56,999 nt of DNA from Dehalococcoidia bacterium (GCA_004296805.1 SCVR01000175.1:1-56999); one strand, 5' to 3'. Shown: positions 8,032-17,915, counted from the first letter of the stretch. The notes: a model not told the origin generated them from the letters alone. Numbers and translations: made by a program.

Positions 8032-9093
8032 ATGAAGACACGCGCCGCCGTCCTCGTGGAGCACGGGCAGCCGCTGGCTGTTGAGGAGATCGAACTGGGG
8101 AACCCGGGGCCGTTCGAGGTCCTGGTGAAGCTGTACGCCTCAGGCATCTGCCACTCGCAGTTGCACCAGATCCACAACCCTGCGCAGCCGCGCCCAGCCC
8201 TCCTGGGGCACGAGGCGACGGGTGTGGTGATCGCGAAGGGGCGCGACGTCACGCACGTGAAGGAAGGCGACCGCGTCATGGTGACGTGGGTGCCCCGCGA
8301 CATCACGCCGGAGACGGCGGCGCTGAAGCGCTCGTCGTTCGGGTTCCGCGGTGGGGCGCACGAGAACGGCGTCTACACGTGGGCGGAGCACGTGCTGACG
8401 CACGAGCAGTTGGTGCTGCCGCTGGACGCCTCGGTGCCGGTGGACGTGACGGCGATCATCGGCTGCGCGACGGTGACGGGCGTGGGCGCGGTGCTGGGGA
8501 CGGCGAAGGTCCAGGCCGGGCAGACGGTAGCGGTGTTCGGCGTCGGCGGTGTGGGGATCAACGTGATCGCCGGCGCGAAGATCGCCGGGGCCTCGAAGAT
8601 CATCGCGGTCGACTTGGCCGACGAGAAACTTGCGTGGGCGAAGGAGTTCGGAGCGACGGACGTGATCAACGGACGCGCGAACGACCCGGTGGAGGCGATC
8701 CGGTCGCTGACCGCTGGCGGTGTGGACTTCGCGTTCGACGCGATCGGCATGGAGTCCGTGATCAACCAGTGCCTCAAGTCGATCACGCCGGGCATCCTCG
8801 GCGCGCGTCGCGGTGGGACGGCGGTAGTGGTCGGGATCCCGCAGGGGCCGGTGACCCTCGATGCCCGGTTGTTCCCGACAGGGGAGCGGCACCTGATCGG
8901 TTCGCTCGGTGGTTCGAGCCACCCGATCGAGGACTACCCGCAGTACGTGGAGTGGTACAAGCAGGGCGCGTTGCCGCTGGAGAAGATGATCACGAAGGTG
9001 TACGAGGGCCTCGACCACATCAACGAAGGCGTGCGGGCGTTGGAGAAGGGCGAGATCACGGGGCGGTCGATCATGGTGTACGACCGGCCGTAG
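8032..9093 (+). CDS. Zn-dependent alcohol dehydrogenase family protein
   Basis: MKTRAAVLVEHGQPLAVEEIELGNPGPFEVLVKLYASGICHSQLH...GHEATGVV...VFGVGGVGINVIAGAK. ATG 8032 follows GGGAG. Confidence 0.85.
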   Translation: MKTRAAVLVEHGQPLAVEEIELGNPGPFEVLVKLYASGICHSQLHQIHNPAQPRPALLGHEATGVVIAKGRDVTHVKEGDRVMVTWVPRDITPETAALKRSSFGFRGGAHENGVYTWAEHVLTHEQLVLPLDASVPVDVTAIIGCATVTGVGAVLGTAKVQAGQTVAVFGVGGVGINVIAGAKIAGASKIIAVDLADEKLAWAKEFGATDVINGRANDPVEAIRSLTAGGVDFAFDAIGMESVINQCLKSITPGILGARRGGTAVVVGIPQGPVTLDARLFPTGERHLIGSLGGSSHPIEDYPQYVEWYKQGALPLEKMITKVYEGLDHINEGVRALEKGEITGRSIMVYDRP

Positions 9094-9112
9094 TCGCGAG
9101 GCGAGATGAAGA

Positions 9113-9144
9113 AAGAAGGGCCGCCCGAAGGGGCGGTCCTTCTT
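9113..9144. terminator. Hairpin between convergent genes
   Basis: AAGAAGGGCCGCCC-GAAG-GGGCGGTCCTTCTT, a 14 bp stem with one G-U pair, followed by a T-rich GTTGTGT. It lies between the stops at 9093 (+) and 9151 (-). Confidence 0.6.
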
Positions 9145-9150
9145 GTTGTG

Positions 9151-10152
9151 TCATTCCTCGATGGGGCCGGAACGGCAGCCGGTGATGCCGCCAGTCCACG
9201 TCGCTTCGTTGTAGAGCGTGGAGTCGCCAGCGTAGGCCTCCCAATCGGAGATGAGGCGCGCGAGGATCGCGAGTTGCGTGCCTCGCGCGGAGGGGTCGAA
9301 ATAGGCGTACGGGCAGACGTGGAGAGGGCGCCCGTTTCCGGCGCCCGTGAGAATGCCAAACTCGACGAGGCCGAGTCCCTGACTGCCCTGGCTGTTGAGC
9401 GGGCCTACCTCGGCGATGGCCTGGCCGGCGACGACGCGATCGCCGACGCGGACGGTGGGCTTCACGACGTGTTCGAACTCGATGACTGCATAGCAGCGAC
9501 CGACGAGGCCGTCAGGCTTCACCATCACTGAGACGTCGCCGAGGGTGGGGGTGCTCCAGAGATCGGAGATCCGGTCGACGACTCCATCGACCGCGGAGCG
9601 CACCGTGGTGCCCATGGGCGCGAGGTAGGTGGGCTGAGGGTTGGCCTTGTCGTTGCCGGTCGACGTGGTGGATCCCGGAATGACGAAACCGAACTCCGTG
9701 TACACGCGGTTGAGGAAGAGCGGACGTACGAACCTAGCGTCTCCCGCGCGTCCGGAGGCTGCGTCGAATGGAGCGAGGTCGATCGGATGGCGCTTCAGCA
9801 CGGATGGGATGCAGTCGACCCCGCCGGTCTGACCCCCTGACGCGGGCGTTTGCGCGGGAGGGGCGCCCTGTGCAGGTGGTGAGGCTGCTGGTGATGATGA
9901 CGCACGGCCCGGCGTGGAGGGTCCGGCGGCCGCGGTACCGGTCGCGGCACCTGTCGCCGTGGCGGAGGTGCGCGGAGCCTCCGTCGGTGGCGGTGCCGAG
10001 GCCTGCGGGCGAGCGGCGAGCGAAGCCGTCGCGGTGGGTGCGTTGTTTGGCGGTGCGTCGACGGACGGGGAGTTGCTCGCCGCCCCGCAGGCAGCGAGCA
10101 ACCACGCTGATGCAGCGAGTACCGCCCAGAGGCGTGCACGCGGGGGCCGCAC
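9151..10152 (-). CDS. Secreted lipoprotein with Pro/Ala-rich linker and degenerate LytM (M23-like) C-terminal domain
   Basis: Lipobox ...AWLLAACGAAS. The domain pattern is GTTVRSAVDGVV...YAVIEFEHVVKPTVRVGDRVVAGQAIAEVG...GLVEFGI, which follows M23 topology but lacks the HxH zinc ligands. The GTG 10152 start is tentative and has no clear SD. Only the last ~333 aa of the 745-aa ORF look real. Confidence 0.55.
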   Translation of the reverse strand: MRPPRARLWAVLAASAWLLAACGAASNSPSVDAPPNNAPTATASLAARPQASAPPPTEAPRTSATATGAATGTAAAGPSTPGRASSSPAASPPAQGAPPAQTPASGGQTGGVDCIPSVLKRHPIDLAPFDAASGRAGDARFVRPLFLNRVYTEFGFVIPGSTTSTGNDKANPQPTYLAPMGTTVRSAVDGVVDRISDLWSTPTLGDVSVMVKPDGLVGRCYAVIEFEHVVKPTVRVGDRVVAGQAIAEVGPLNSQGSQGLGLVEFGILTGAGNGRPLHVCPYAYFDPSARGTQLAILARLISDWEAYAGDSTLYNEATWTGGITGCRSGPIEE

Positions 10153-10157
10153 GGAGG

Positions 10158-11336
10158 CTATGCGCTCGGGTCGTTGGTGCTGCCACGCAGTGCGGGGAGC
10201 GCGGTGGCGACTGCGAGCAGGATGGCGCCGCCCATGATGGGTGTAGCGGTCTGCTTCAGCGGGGCGGACTCGGCGAGCAAGCCAACGAGGAATACGGCAA
10301 GGCCTGCATTGAGCCCGACGAAGACGATGTCGTCGACGATCGCCGCGACGGGGCGGCGGAACCTCATGATGAGGGCGAGGATCCCGTTCGTCATGACGCC
10401 GATGAAGATCGAGTGGTCGAGCGCGAGGAGGAGATGCACCGGCGGGTCGATCTCCTTGGAGAAGTACTTGCCGATGAGGTAGATGAGGATGCCGAGGTTC
10501 ACGATGAGGTAGACGAGAGCAGTGAGTCCGTGGCGCGCAGTGCTCCGTGCGGTGAGCGACACGCGCATCACGGCGGGCCGGACTCGAACGATCAGGATGA
10601 CGAGCCCGATGACCTCGAACGGCAGGCTGAAGGTGACGAGGGCGACGATATCCAGCAGCAGGCCAATGATGACGAGGATGCCACCGAGGACGGGAAGCCC
10701 GATCTGGAACCAGCCGGCACGGCCCGCTTTGCGCAGGACGGAGCCGCCATCGAGGGCCCACTCCACGAAGGACATGCCAACGGGGACGAGGAAGCCAACG
10801 ACCATCGCCGCGGGGTGGGCGTCTGCGGTGCGGATCGTGATGGACTCGTTCCCGGCGAGGCGGAGGCCCAACAGGATGCCGAGGACTGCGCCGAGTACGG
10901 ACATCAGGACGGCGGCCAGCATGCCGAGGTGGGGGACGCTGAGTGTGCGGCCCTGGGCCTGTCGAACGGTCCAGAGGAAGGTGGTGAGGATGACGAGGCC
11001 GACGAGTGTGCCGAGCAGCGGTCGGACGACGCCGGCGGTGGTGAGGAAGGCGAGTGCATAGGCGGTGATGCTGAGTGGCGTGGCGTAGCCGAGGAGGCGG
11101 ATGAGGCTGGCGTCCTTGCCAGACTGATCGCCCAGGCCGAAGAGCCAGAAGGAAGCGGCGATCACGCTCATGGTGATCCAGCCGAGCGTGCCGACGTGGA
11201 CGTGCGTGAGCAGCGCCTTGTGGTTGAAGTCCACGAGGTCGGTGCCGTTGAGGATGCCGATGACGACGGTGAAGGTGAAGAGGGCGAGCGCTGCGCTGAG
11301 CAGCAGTCTGATCTGGGCGGCGTGCGGGCTGGTCAT
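10158..11336 (-). CDS. Polytopic integral membrane protein, function unknown (conserved intramembrane His residues)
   Basis: 392 aa from ATG 11336 and almost entirely hydrophobic helices. His-containing motifs: LLTHVHVGTLGW, DAHPAAMVVGF, LALDHSIFIGVM. Confidence 0.65.
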   Translation of the reverse strand: MTSPHAAQIRLLLSAALALFTFTVVIGILNGTDLVDFNHKALLTHVHVGTLGWITMSVIAASFWLFGLGDQSGKDASLIRLLGYATPLSITAYALAFLTTAGVVRPLLGTLVGLVILTTFLWTVRQAQGRTLSVPHLGMLAAVLMSVLGAVLGILLGLRLAGNESITIRTADAHPAAMVVGFLVPVGMSFVEWALDGGSVLRKAGRAGWFQIGLPVLGGILVIIGLLLDIVALVTFSLPFEVIGLVILIVRVRPAVMRVSLTARSTARHGLTALVYLIVNLGILIYLIGKYFSKEIDPPVHLLLALDHSIFIGVMTNGILALIMRFRRPVAAIVDDIVFVGLNAGLAVFLVGLLAESAPLKQTATPIMGGAILLAVATALPALRGSTNDPSA

Positions 11337-11528
11337 GTGGTGAGCCTCGATATGACGCGACGCTTCGAGGGGTGCCGAGCGGAGGCACGTTCCAGCGTCA
11401 GGCGGCGCGACTATAGCGGATGGTGCGGGCGTGGCAATCGGTGTCTTGATGCGAGGTGGTGGGGGCCGTTGGGCAGATTTGGAGGGGCTGGCGGCTGGAT
11501 TTGCGGGCGGGGGTAGTATGCGCGCGGC

Positions 11529-12866
11529 GTGCGAGGAGGCGGTCCGATGGCAACCGAGACGCCGGTGAGCGGTGCTCCGGTGGGGCGGCACGCCCGGCCG
11601 AAGCTGTATTACGGCTACTACATCGTGGGCGCGTCACTGATCGCGCAGTTGATCTCGACGGGTGCGCAGAACTCGGTGGCAGGGGCGTTCCTGCGGCCGA
11701 TGACGCACGACCTGGGTTGGACGCGGGCGCAGTTCACGTACGGGCTGACCGTGAGCCGGTTCGTGGCAGCCGGCGCCGGTGTGTTCGTCGGGGTGTGGGT
11801 CGACAAGTACGGCGGGCGCCGGCTGATGATGGCCGGCTCTGCGCTGTTCTTTATCTCCACGTGGCTCACAGGGTCGGTCACGGAGTTGTGGCAGTGGGTG
11901 GTGCTGCGCGGCTTCGTGCTGACCATCGGCGCTTCGCTGGTCGGGAACCTCGTCGTCAACGTGACGATGTCGAAGTGGTGGGTGGAGAAGCGCGGCCGGA
12001 TGATCGGCTTCGCGGCGATGGGGGTCTCGCTGGCGGGGGTCGTGTTCCCGCCACTGATGTCGTTCCTGATCGAGGACTTCGGCTGGCGGATGGCGTGGCG
12101 GATCCTGGCGTTCCTGTGTGTGGCACTGATCATCCCGACGTCATTGCTGATGCGGCGTGCCCCCGAGGACTTCGGGTTGCACCCGGACGGGCGAACTCCG
12201 GAGGAGATGCAGGGACGCGCGGGCGCGGTGCTGGCGGCAGACTTCGCGAACTCGTTCACGCGCAAGGAGGCGCTGCGGACGCCGGCGCTGTACCTCATCG
12301 TGCTGTCCTTCGGCCTCGGTGGTGTGGGGCTGGGGACGATGTTGTTGCAGACCATCCCCTTCCTGACGGACCAGAACTTCTCGCTGGCGCAGGCGGCCTC
12401 GTACTCCAGCCTGATGTCGTTCTTCGCACTGATCTCGAAGGCGTTCTGGGGGTGGATGACAGACCGGATGGCGCCAAACAAGTTGGCGGCGTTCGCGTTC
12501 GTGCTGTCCGGCTTCGCGATCAGCGAGATTGTGTATGCGGCGGAGGCGCACTCGGCGATCGCGTTGGTCATCGGGTTCTCAGCCGTGGGCTGGGGGTTCG
12601 GCGGACAAATCCCGCTACAGGAGACGATCTGGGGGTCGTACTTCGGGCGGCGGTACCTCGGATCTGTGCGGAGCGTGGCGATGCCGATCGCGTTGTTGAT
12701 CGGGGCGGGCGCGCCGTTGTTCGTGTCCTGGTATTACGACGCGGTGGGGAACTACCACGGGGTATTCCTGGGCATCGGTGTGCTGTGGTTCATCGCGGCG
12801 GGTATCGTGCTGCTGGTGCGAAAGCCGGTGAAGCGTCCCCCGGTGGAGGCGGCCGCGGCGGCGTGA
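11529..12866 (+). CDS. MFS transporter (oxalate/formate antiporter-like)
   Basis: LYYGYYIVGASLIAQLIS... and about 12 TM segments. It is a paralog-like match to 5589..6929. An alternative start is ATG 11547. Confidence 0.8.
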   Translation: MRGGGPMATETPVSGAPVGRHARPKLYYGYYIVGASLIAQLISTGAQNSVAGAFLRPMTHDLGWTRAQFTYGLTVSRFVAAGAGVFVGVWVDKYGGRRLMMAGSALFFISTWLTGSVTELWQWVVLRGFVLTIGASLVGNLVVNVTMSKWWVEKRGRMIGFAAMGVSLAGVVFPPLMSFLIEDFGWRMAWRILAFLCVALIIPTSLLMRRAPEDFGLHPDGRTPEEMQGRAGAVLAADFANSFTRKEALRTPALYLIVLSFGLGGVGLGTMLLQTIPFLTDQNFSLAQAASYSSLMSFFALISKAFWGWMTDRMAPNKLAAFAFVLSGFAISEIVYAAEAHSAIALVIGFSAVGWGFGGQIPLQETIWGSYFGRRYLGSVRSVAMPIALLIGAGAPLFVSWYYDAVGNYHGVFLGIGVLWFIAAGIVLLVRKPVKRPPVEAAAAA

Positions 12867-12885
12867 CGTTGGGTGGAGGTCTGAG

Positions 12886-13386
12886 ATGAACGCTGAACTG
12901 GTCGTGATGCGGATCCTGCACATCCTGCCGGGGGTGCTGTGGGTGGGCGGCGCCTCCTTGATGGCGTGGGTGATCGAGCCGGGACTGCGCGCGGCCGGGC
13001 CGGCGGTGCAGGGACCAGCGATGAGGTCGTTGGCGAAGCCGCTGACGAAGTTCCTGGTCGTCGCGGCGACGCTTACGATCATCATGGGTTTCGGGCTGAT
13101 CGTGCGGACGCCGGGTCGTGGGTTTGACCAGGTGTTCACGAATGGGTGGGGCGTGACGATCGGTGTCGGCATGGTGCTCGGGATCGCCGCTGGCGGGATC
13201 GGCAGCACGGCTGGCAGCGAGTTGAAGAAGATCGAGGCGCTGAGCGCGCAGATCACGGGCGCGCCTACGCCGGCACAGGCGGCGGAGATGGAAGGGCACC
13301 AGGCGGTGCTGCGTCGGAACTCCCGGCTCGCCTCGGTCCTTGGTCTCATCGCCGTCGCGCTGATGGCCGCGGCGCGATACGTCTAA
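12886..13386 (+). CDS. Small integral membrane protein, unknown function
   Basis: 166 aa with four hydrophobic segments and GC3-rich codons. It is tightly packed before corA (4 nt gap). Confidence 0.6.
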   Translation: MNAELVVMRILHILPGVLWVGGASLMAWVIEPGLRAAGPAVQGPAMRSLAKPLTKFLVVAATLTIIMGFGLIVRTPGRGFDQVFTNGWGVTIGVGMVLGIAAGGIGSTAGSELKKIEALSAQITGAPTPAQAAEMEGHQAVLRRNSRLASVLGLIAVALMAAARYV

Positions 13387-13389
13387 CGC

Positions 13390-14355
13390 GTGCTGACCGT
13401 CCGGGCGCGACGCGGCGACGGTTCGCTCGACCTCGACCTGACGCTGGCCGAGGGGATCGCGCTCCTCGCTGACCCGAGCGCCCTGATCTGGATCGACATC
13501 GACGAGGAGTCGATCGAGGAGATCGACGCGGTGTCGGCCGCGCTGTCACTCAACGAACTGACGGTCGAAGACCTGAAGCACCGCGGGCAGCGGGGCAAAC
13601 TCGAGACGTTCGACGGGTACACCGTGCTGGTGATGCACGGTGTGGGGTACGACTCCGCAGCGCCGTCGCTCGATGAGCACGAGCTCGACGCAATCATTGG
13701 GCCTAACTGGGTGCTGACGGGGCGCGACCCACACCTGGCAGCGCTACTGCCCGGGCGCGACCTCGACCTCCGGCTCGCCTCGATGCTGGCGAAGGATGCG
13801 GGCTACCTGCTGTATGCGATCACGGACCGGGTGGTGGACTCGCTGTTCCCGGTGCTCGACAAGATGCTGGACGACGTGGACGACGTCGAGGACCGGGTAA
13901 TCCTCGGCGGCGGTCAGGAGTTGCTGGAGCGGATCTTCGCGATGAAGCGGAACGGGGTGACGCTGCGGAAACTGATTTCGCCGCACCTCGAGATCTTCGG
14001 ACGGTTCACCACACCGGCGTACGGGATTGTGAGCAGCGAGCACATGATCTACTTCCGCGACGTGCATGACCACATCATCCGGGTGTTCGAGATCGTGGAC
14101 TCGTACCGCGAGTTGATGACGGGGGCCCTGGAAGTTCACCTGTCAACGGTCAACAACCAGTTGAGCGACGTGATGAAGCGCCTGACGGTGCTGACGGCGA
14201 TGTTCCTGCCGCTCACGTTCATCACCGGTGCTTTTGGGATGAATATGGTGGAGTCGCCCGTGTGGACCGACCCGGCGTTCTGGATCATCGGCGGCTGCAT
14301 GGCGGCGGTCGCGGCGGGTCAGTGGTTCTACTTCCGCGCGAAGCGCTGGGCATAA
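13390..14355 (+). CDS. corA: CorA-family magnesium/cobalt transporter
   Basis: Cytoplasmic N-domain plus two C-terminal TM helices carrying the GMN signature (ITGAFGMNMV). Confidence 0.85.
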   Translation: MLTVRARRGDGSLDLDLTLAEGIALLADPSALIWIDIDEESIEEIDAVSAALSLNELTVEDLKHRGQRGKLETFDGYTVLVMHGVGYDSAAPSLDEHELDAIIGPNWVLTGRDPHLAALLPGRDLDLRLASMLAKDAGYLLYAITDRVVDSLFPVLDKMLDDVDDVEDRVILGGGQELLERIFAMKRNGVTLRKLISPHLEIFGRFTTPAYGIVSSEHMIYFRDVHDHIIRVFEIVDSYRELMTGALEVHLSTVNNQLSDVMKRLTVLTAMFLPLTFITGAFGMNMVESPVWTDPAFWIIGGCMAAVAAGQWFYFRAKRWA

Positions 14356-14368
14356 CCCTCGGGTTCGC

Positions 14369-15073
14369 CTACTTCTGCCGTTCGGCGCGGACGATGAGGC
14401 GGCTGCTGTACTCGTGGGTGTCCGGATTGAACTTGCCGCTGCATGTGAACAGCGTGATCGAGTCCACCTTCACGTCGCTGCTCCAGTACTGACCCCAGTC
14501 AGTGGTGGTCGCGCTGACCTCTTTCGCCCAGACCACGGAGTACTTCAGCGACTGTCCGTTGAGTTCGAGTTCGACACGATCGCCCGCCTTCAGGCTGTCG
14601 AGGTCCCAGAAGACGGCGGGGCCGGTGTAGTGCTGCCCGACGCCGGCGATGTCTCGGTTGAGATCGGCGTGTGCGCCGAAGATGGCGTTCTTGCCGGTGC
14701 CGGGGTAGCCGCCCTGTCCGGGGAATGCGGTGAGGTCGTACCAGGCGACATCGATCGGGCCGTAGGGCTCGGGCATCGCGTTGCCTTTGACGGCCCATGC
14801 GCCGACGGGGGCGTTGACGCCGATGGAGGGGATCTTCAGGCGGGCGAAATCGGTGCCCCTGGGCTCGCCGTACTTCTTGGTCCACGCGGCCACCGAGTCC
14901 TGGATACGGGGCGTGGCGGTGGCGCCGGGGGCCGTGGGCGTGGCGTTCTTGGCCGATGCGGCACGGAGGGAGATGCCACCGCCCCCGACCGTGCCGGTCG
15001 CGATGAGCACCGCGCCGAGGAGTGCGCCTGCGCCGATCAGCGCGAGGACGAGCAGTTGGGCCTGTCGGGACAT
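14369..15073 (-). CDS. Sortase-family transpeptidase
   Basis: N-terminal TM anchor (LLVLALIGAGALLGAVLIA). Catalytic-type motifs are IFGAHADL (His), ITLFTCSG (TLxTC Cys) and RLIVRAE (Arg). ATG 15073 follows GGAG. Confidence 0.8.
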   Translation of the reverse strand: MSRQAQLLVLALIGAGALLGAVLIATGTVGGGGISLRAASAKNATPTAPGATATPRIQDSVAAWTKKYGEPRGTDFARLKIPSIGVNAPVGAWAVKGNAMPEPYGPIDVAWYDLTAFPGQGGYPGTGKNAIFGAHADLNRDIAGVGQHYTGPAVFWDLDSLKAGDRVELELNGQSLKYSVVWAKEVSATTTDWGQYWSSDVKVDSITLFTCSGKFNPDTHEYSSRLIVRAERQK

Positions 15074-15381
15074 CGGCAGTCTCCGGTTGATCCGGTGATG
15101 GGTGTCAGCGGATGAGTGGATCCATCTTAGGCAGGCAATCGCGTGAGGGGACAGCGGCGTCCTTTCAGTGTGACGCCAGACGGGCCTCAGGGGTTCCCCG
15201 GGGCTGCGGGATCGATGTGCGGGAGCCGACGATCGAGACATGGCAGACGTGATCGTCGCGCTGGTGTCGTCGTTGGTGCTGGCCTTCGTGGTGGCCGGAC
15301 CGAAGGCGCGGCGTGCGCCGGCGGCGGCCCCGGCTCCGGCTGCAAAGCCGAAGGCGGCGAAGAAGTAGTGGCCGCCTCGGC

Positions 15382-16266
15382 CTAGCGAGGGCGGCGCGGC
15401 ATCTTCATTCCTCGCCAGGTGAGTGCATCGATGAGGCGGTCCGGCAGGATGCGCATCGCCAGTGCGCGCAGTCTCGCGTCCCGTCCCACGAAGTAGCGGG
15501 CCCTTGGCCGCGCAGAGCGCACGGCATGCGCGATGACCTCAGCGACACGTTCGGCCGGAATCCCTCGCCGGCCGGCGTTCTCACCGGAGCGACGGGCGGC
15601 CTCGATGTAAGGGGCGTAGCTGGCGCGGGCGTCCCGGGGCATCTCGTCCAGCACCTCCCCGGCGACGGCGAGTCCCTTCTCCCAGATCGGTGTGTCGATG
15701 GCGCCGGGCTCGATGAGCGTGACGGGGATGCGCCAGTGGCGGAGTTCGAGGCGGAGCGAGTCACCGAAAGCCTCGAGTGCGTGCTTGGAGGCGGCGTAGG
15801 GACCGAAAAACGGTGGCGCGTGTTTCCCGGCGATCGAGGAGATGGTGATGATGCGCCCCCGGCCCCGCCGCACGAGAGGCAAGAAGGCCTGCGTGACGGC
15901 GATGGTGCCGAGCAGGTTGACCTCGAACTGCTGGCGCAGACGGTCACGGCTGATGTGTTCCCACGCGCCCGTGACGGCGATGCCGGCGTTGTTCACGAGC
16001 GCGCCGAGGCCGCCAACGCCGGTAGCGGCAGCCACATGCTGCACGGCGGCATCGATCGACGCGGGGTCGGTCACATCGATCACGACGGGGTGAATGAGGG
16101 CGCCTCCCTGACGCTTCAACGCTTCGCCGTCCTCGACGCGCCGCACGCCGGCGAAAACGCGGTGTCCGAGGGCGGCAAGGTGCAGGGCCGCTGCGGCGCC
16201 GATGCCGGTCGACGCCCCGGTGATGAGGACGGCGCCGGTGTTGACGGGTGTGGCTGGCCTCCGCAC
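15382..16266 (-). CDS. Short-chain dehydrogenase/reductase (SDR)
   Basis: VLITGASTGIGAAAALHLA (TGxxxGxG), NNAG, and YAASKHAL (YxxxK). Confidence 0.9.
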   Translation of the reverse strand: MRRPATPVNTGAVLITGASTGIGAAAALHLAALGHRVFAGVRRVEDGEALKRQGGALIHPVVIDVTDPASIDAAVQHVAAATGVGGLGALVNNAGIAVTGAWEHISRDRLRQQFEVNLLGTIAVTQAFLPLVRRGRGRIITISSIAGKHAPPFFGPYAASKHALEAFGDSLRLELRHWRIPVTLIEPGAIDTPIWEKGLAVAGEVLDEMPRDARASYAPYIEAARRSGENAGRRGIPAERVAEVIAHAVRSARPRARYFVGRDARLRALAMRILPDRLIDALTWRGMKMPRRPR

Positions 16267-16269
16267 GCG

Positions 16270-16659
16270 TCAGTCGCGCACGACGGTGCGTGAGGCGAAG
16301 CGCCAGGCGCCGTCCACGCGGCGGAGGGTGTCCTCGTACCGGGCGGTAGTGACGAGGGTGGCGGGCTCGCCGTTGCCGGTCTTCAGCAGCTGGAGGTAGC
16401 AGCGCATGGTGGCGCTGTCGCCTTCGCCCTCGATGACGATGTTGTTGTTCCAGTGGCGCGACCCGGGCATGCGGCTGTGGAAGTTGGCGGCGAACTCTTC
16501 CAGTTCCTTCGTGCCGGTGCTGGTGCGGCCGCCAGAGGTAAACGCGCCGTCCGCGGTGAAGCATGCAGCCCACGTGGTGATGTCGCCGGAGTCGATGGCG
16601 TGGTTGTAGCGCGCGAGCAGTTCCTGAATGTCCAGGCGGTCAGCGAGTGTGAGCGGCAT
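16270..16659 (-). CDS. SnoaL-like / NTF2-fold protein
   Basis: MPLTLADRLDIQELLARYNHAIDSGDITTWAACFTADGAF...RYEDTLRRVDGAWRFASR. ATG 16659 follows GGAGG. Confidence 0.75.
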   Translation of the reverse strand: MPLTLADRLDIQELLARYNHAIDSGDITTWAACFTADGAFTSGGRTSTGTKELEEFAANFHSRMPGSRHWNNNIVIEGEGDSATMRCYLQLLKTGNGEPATLVTTARYEDTLRRVDGAWRFASRTVVRD

Positions 16660-16714
16660 ACGGGGGCCTCCTTCAGCGGAGGCGGATCGTAGCGTGCCGG
16701 CGTGGGGCCTCGGG

Positions 16715-17713
16715 TTAGACCCCGACGAGGTGGAGGTGACCTCGGCGCGGGGTGGTGTGCTGGCCGCCGCCGGCGAGGACGGTCCACTGGGGACGGCGCA
16801 CGCCGGGTGCGGAGGGCGCCCCGAGCGAGGTCTGGAGCGCGCGGAGGAGTGAGGCCTCGGTGAAGAGGACGTCGGTGTCGACGCCGCCACTGGCGAGTTC
16901 GTCGATGGCGTCACCGATCACGAGGTCTGTGAGGTCGCCCGCGGTGAGACGCGTGACTTCTGTGCGTCCGCCGGTGGTGAGTGTGAGCGAGCCGCCGTGG
17001 CTGTCACCGATCGCGCGGACGGTCACCCCGCGAGCGACCAGTTCGGCCTCGACGCGGGTGCCGATGACGTTCCGGGCGGCGAGGAGGGCACTGGCGCCAC
17101 CGACGAAGGCAACCTCGGTGACGATGGATGCCGTTTCGCCTCGATCGGGGCCGTAAGCGGTGGCGGTGACCTTCTCGACAGGGACTCCCGCGATTCGGGA
17201 GGCGAGGGTGAGGAGATCGCCCGCGATGTCGAGGGCGGGACGGTCGTCTTCGACCGTGAGGTGGATCTGGCGGAGGCGGTCCAGGTTGTGGGCCGCGTCC
17301 ACGATGGCGACGACGGGTGCGAGCCAGAAGAGCGGTCGGAGGACGGTAGCGCTGGACGCGCATCGCGCGAGCATGTCCAGGGTGTCCGGCTCGATGGCGT
17401 CGCCGGTGGCGAGGATGAGGGTGCCGCGCTGCGCTGCAGCGGCGACCTCGGCGGCGGCATCGGTCATGTCGAGGAGGACCGCGTCGCCGCGACCGCGCCG
17501 GAGCATCTCCCGAGGGTGCTGGTAACGAGCAGGTGTGGCCGGGTGGCCACGGAGGGCGGTGGCGGCGGCGGCGAGCGCGGTCGCGGAGCGGTCGCCGATG
17601 GCGACGGGGAGTACGCCGCGCGCTTCGAGGGCGCGGAGGAGATCAGGGGTGCGTTCGGTCCACCCGCAGATGGCGAGGGTGGAGAGGCCGCCGAGGGAGT
17701 ACGGGGCTTGCAT
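16715..17713 (-). CDS. Hypothetical protein (possibly a degenerate Gfo/Idh/MocA-like fold)
   Basis: 332-aa ORF with coding-like GC3. There is no clear GxGxxG, so the product assignment is weak. Confidence 0.5.
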   Translation of the reverse strand: MQAPYSLGGLSTLAICGWTERTPDLLRALEARGVLPVAIGDRSATALAAAATALRGHPATPARYQHPREMLRRGRGDAVLLDMTDAAAEVAAAAQRGTLILATGDAIEPDTLDMLARCASSATVLRPLFWLAPVVAIVDAAHNLDRLRQIHLTVEDDRPALDIAGDLLTLASRIAGVPVEKVTATAYGPDRGETASIVTEVAFVGGASALLAARNVIGTRVEAELVARGVTVRAIGDSHGGSLTLTTGGRTEVTRLTAGDLTDLVIGDAIDELASGGVDTDVLFTEASLLRALQTSLGAPSAPGVRRPQWTVLAGGGQHTTPRRGHLHLVGV

Positions 17714-17888
17714 GGGGGGACGGTACGGGCGTGCGTCGGGTGGTCTGGATGGGGGAGTCCCCGATGAGGAGGGGGGACTTCCCTGATCTCGCCGCAGGGA
17801 GGGTCGCAGGGCGTGCCCTCCGCTGGCGTCGATCGTGCGCGGCCTCGGAGGAGTGGATGAGGGTGTTCCCCGGCGTTTGATGGGGGGC

Positions 17889-17915
17889 TAAAGGCGGGAG
17901 AAGGGCTGCCGATGA
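17889..17915 (+). promoter_or_regulatory. Sigma-28 (FliA)-type promoter upstream of flagellin 1
   Basis: TAAA-N15-GCCGATGA (17889..17892 and 17908..17915), against the consensus TAAA-N15-GCCGATAA. It lies ~95 nt upstream of the flagellin ATG. Confidence 0.6.

Noticed and set aside
9151-11388. 745-aa ORF on the minus strand
   Set aside because: Only the last ~333 aa look like a real protein (lipobox, LytM-like domain). The upstream ~410 aa are Arg/Pro/His-rich low-complexity sequence. They overlap, out of frame, the convincing membrane-protein gene 10158..11336. This is a high-GC open-frame artefact.
9768-11516. 582-aa plus-strand ORF rich in Asp/Glu/Gly
   Set aside because: It is antisense to the polytopic membrane protein and the lipoprotein genes. 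It is low-complexity acidic sequence with no start context or motifs.
15240-15368. 42-aa ORF (MADVIVALVSSLVLAFVVAGPKARRAPAAAPAPAAKPKAAKK) next to the first sortase, as a possible sortase substrate or small membrane protein
   Set aside because: It has a TM segment plus a basic tail but no LPXTG/LAXTG motif and no clear SD. It is too short, and there is too little evidence to list it as a feature.
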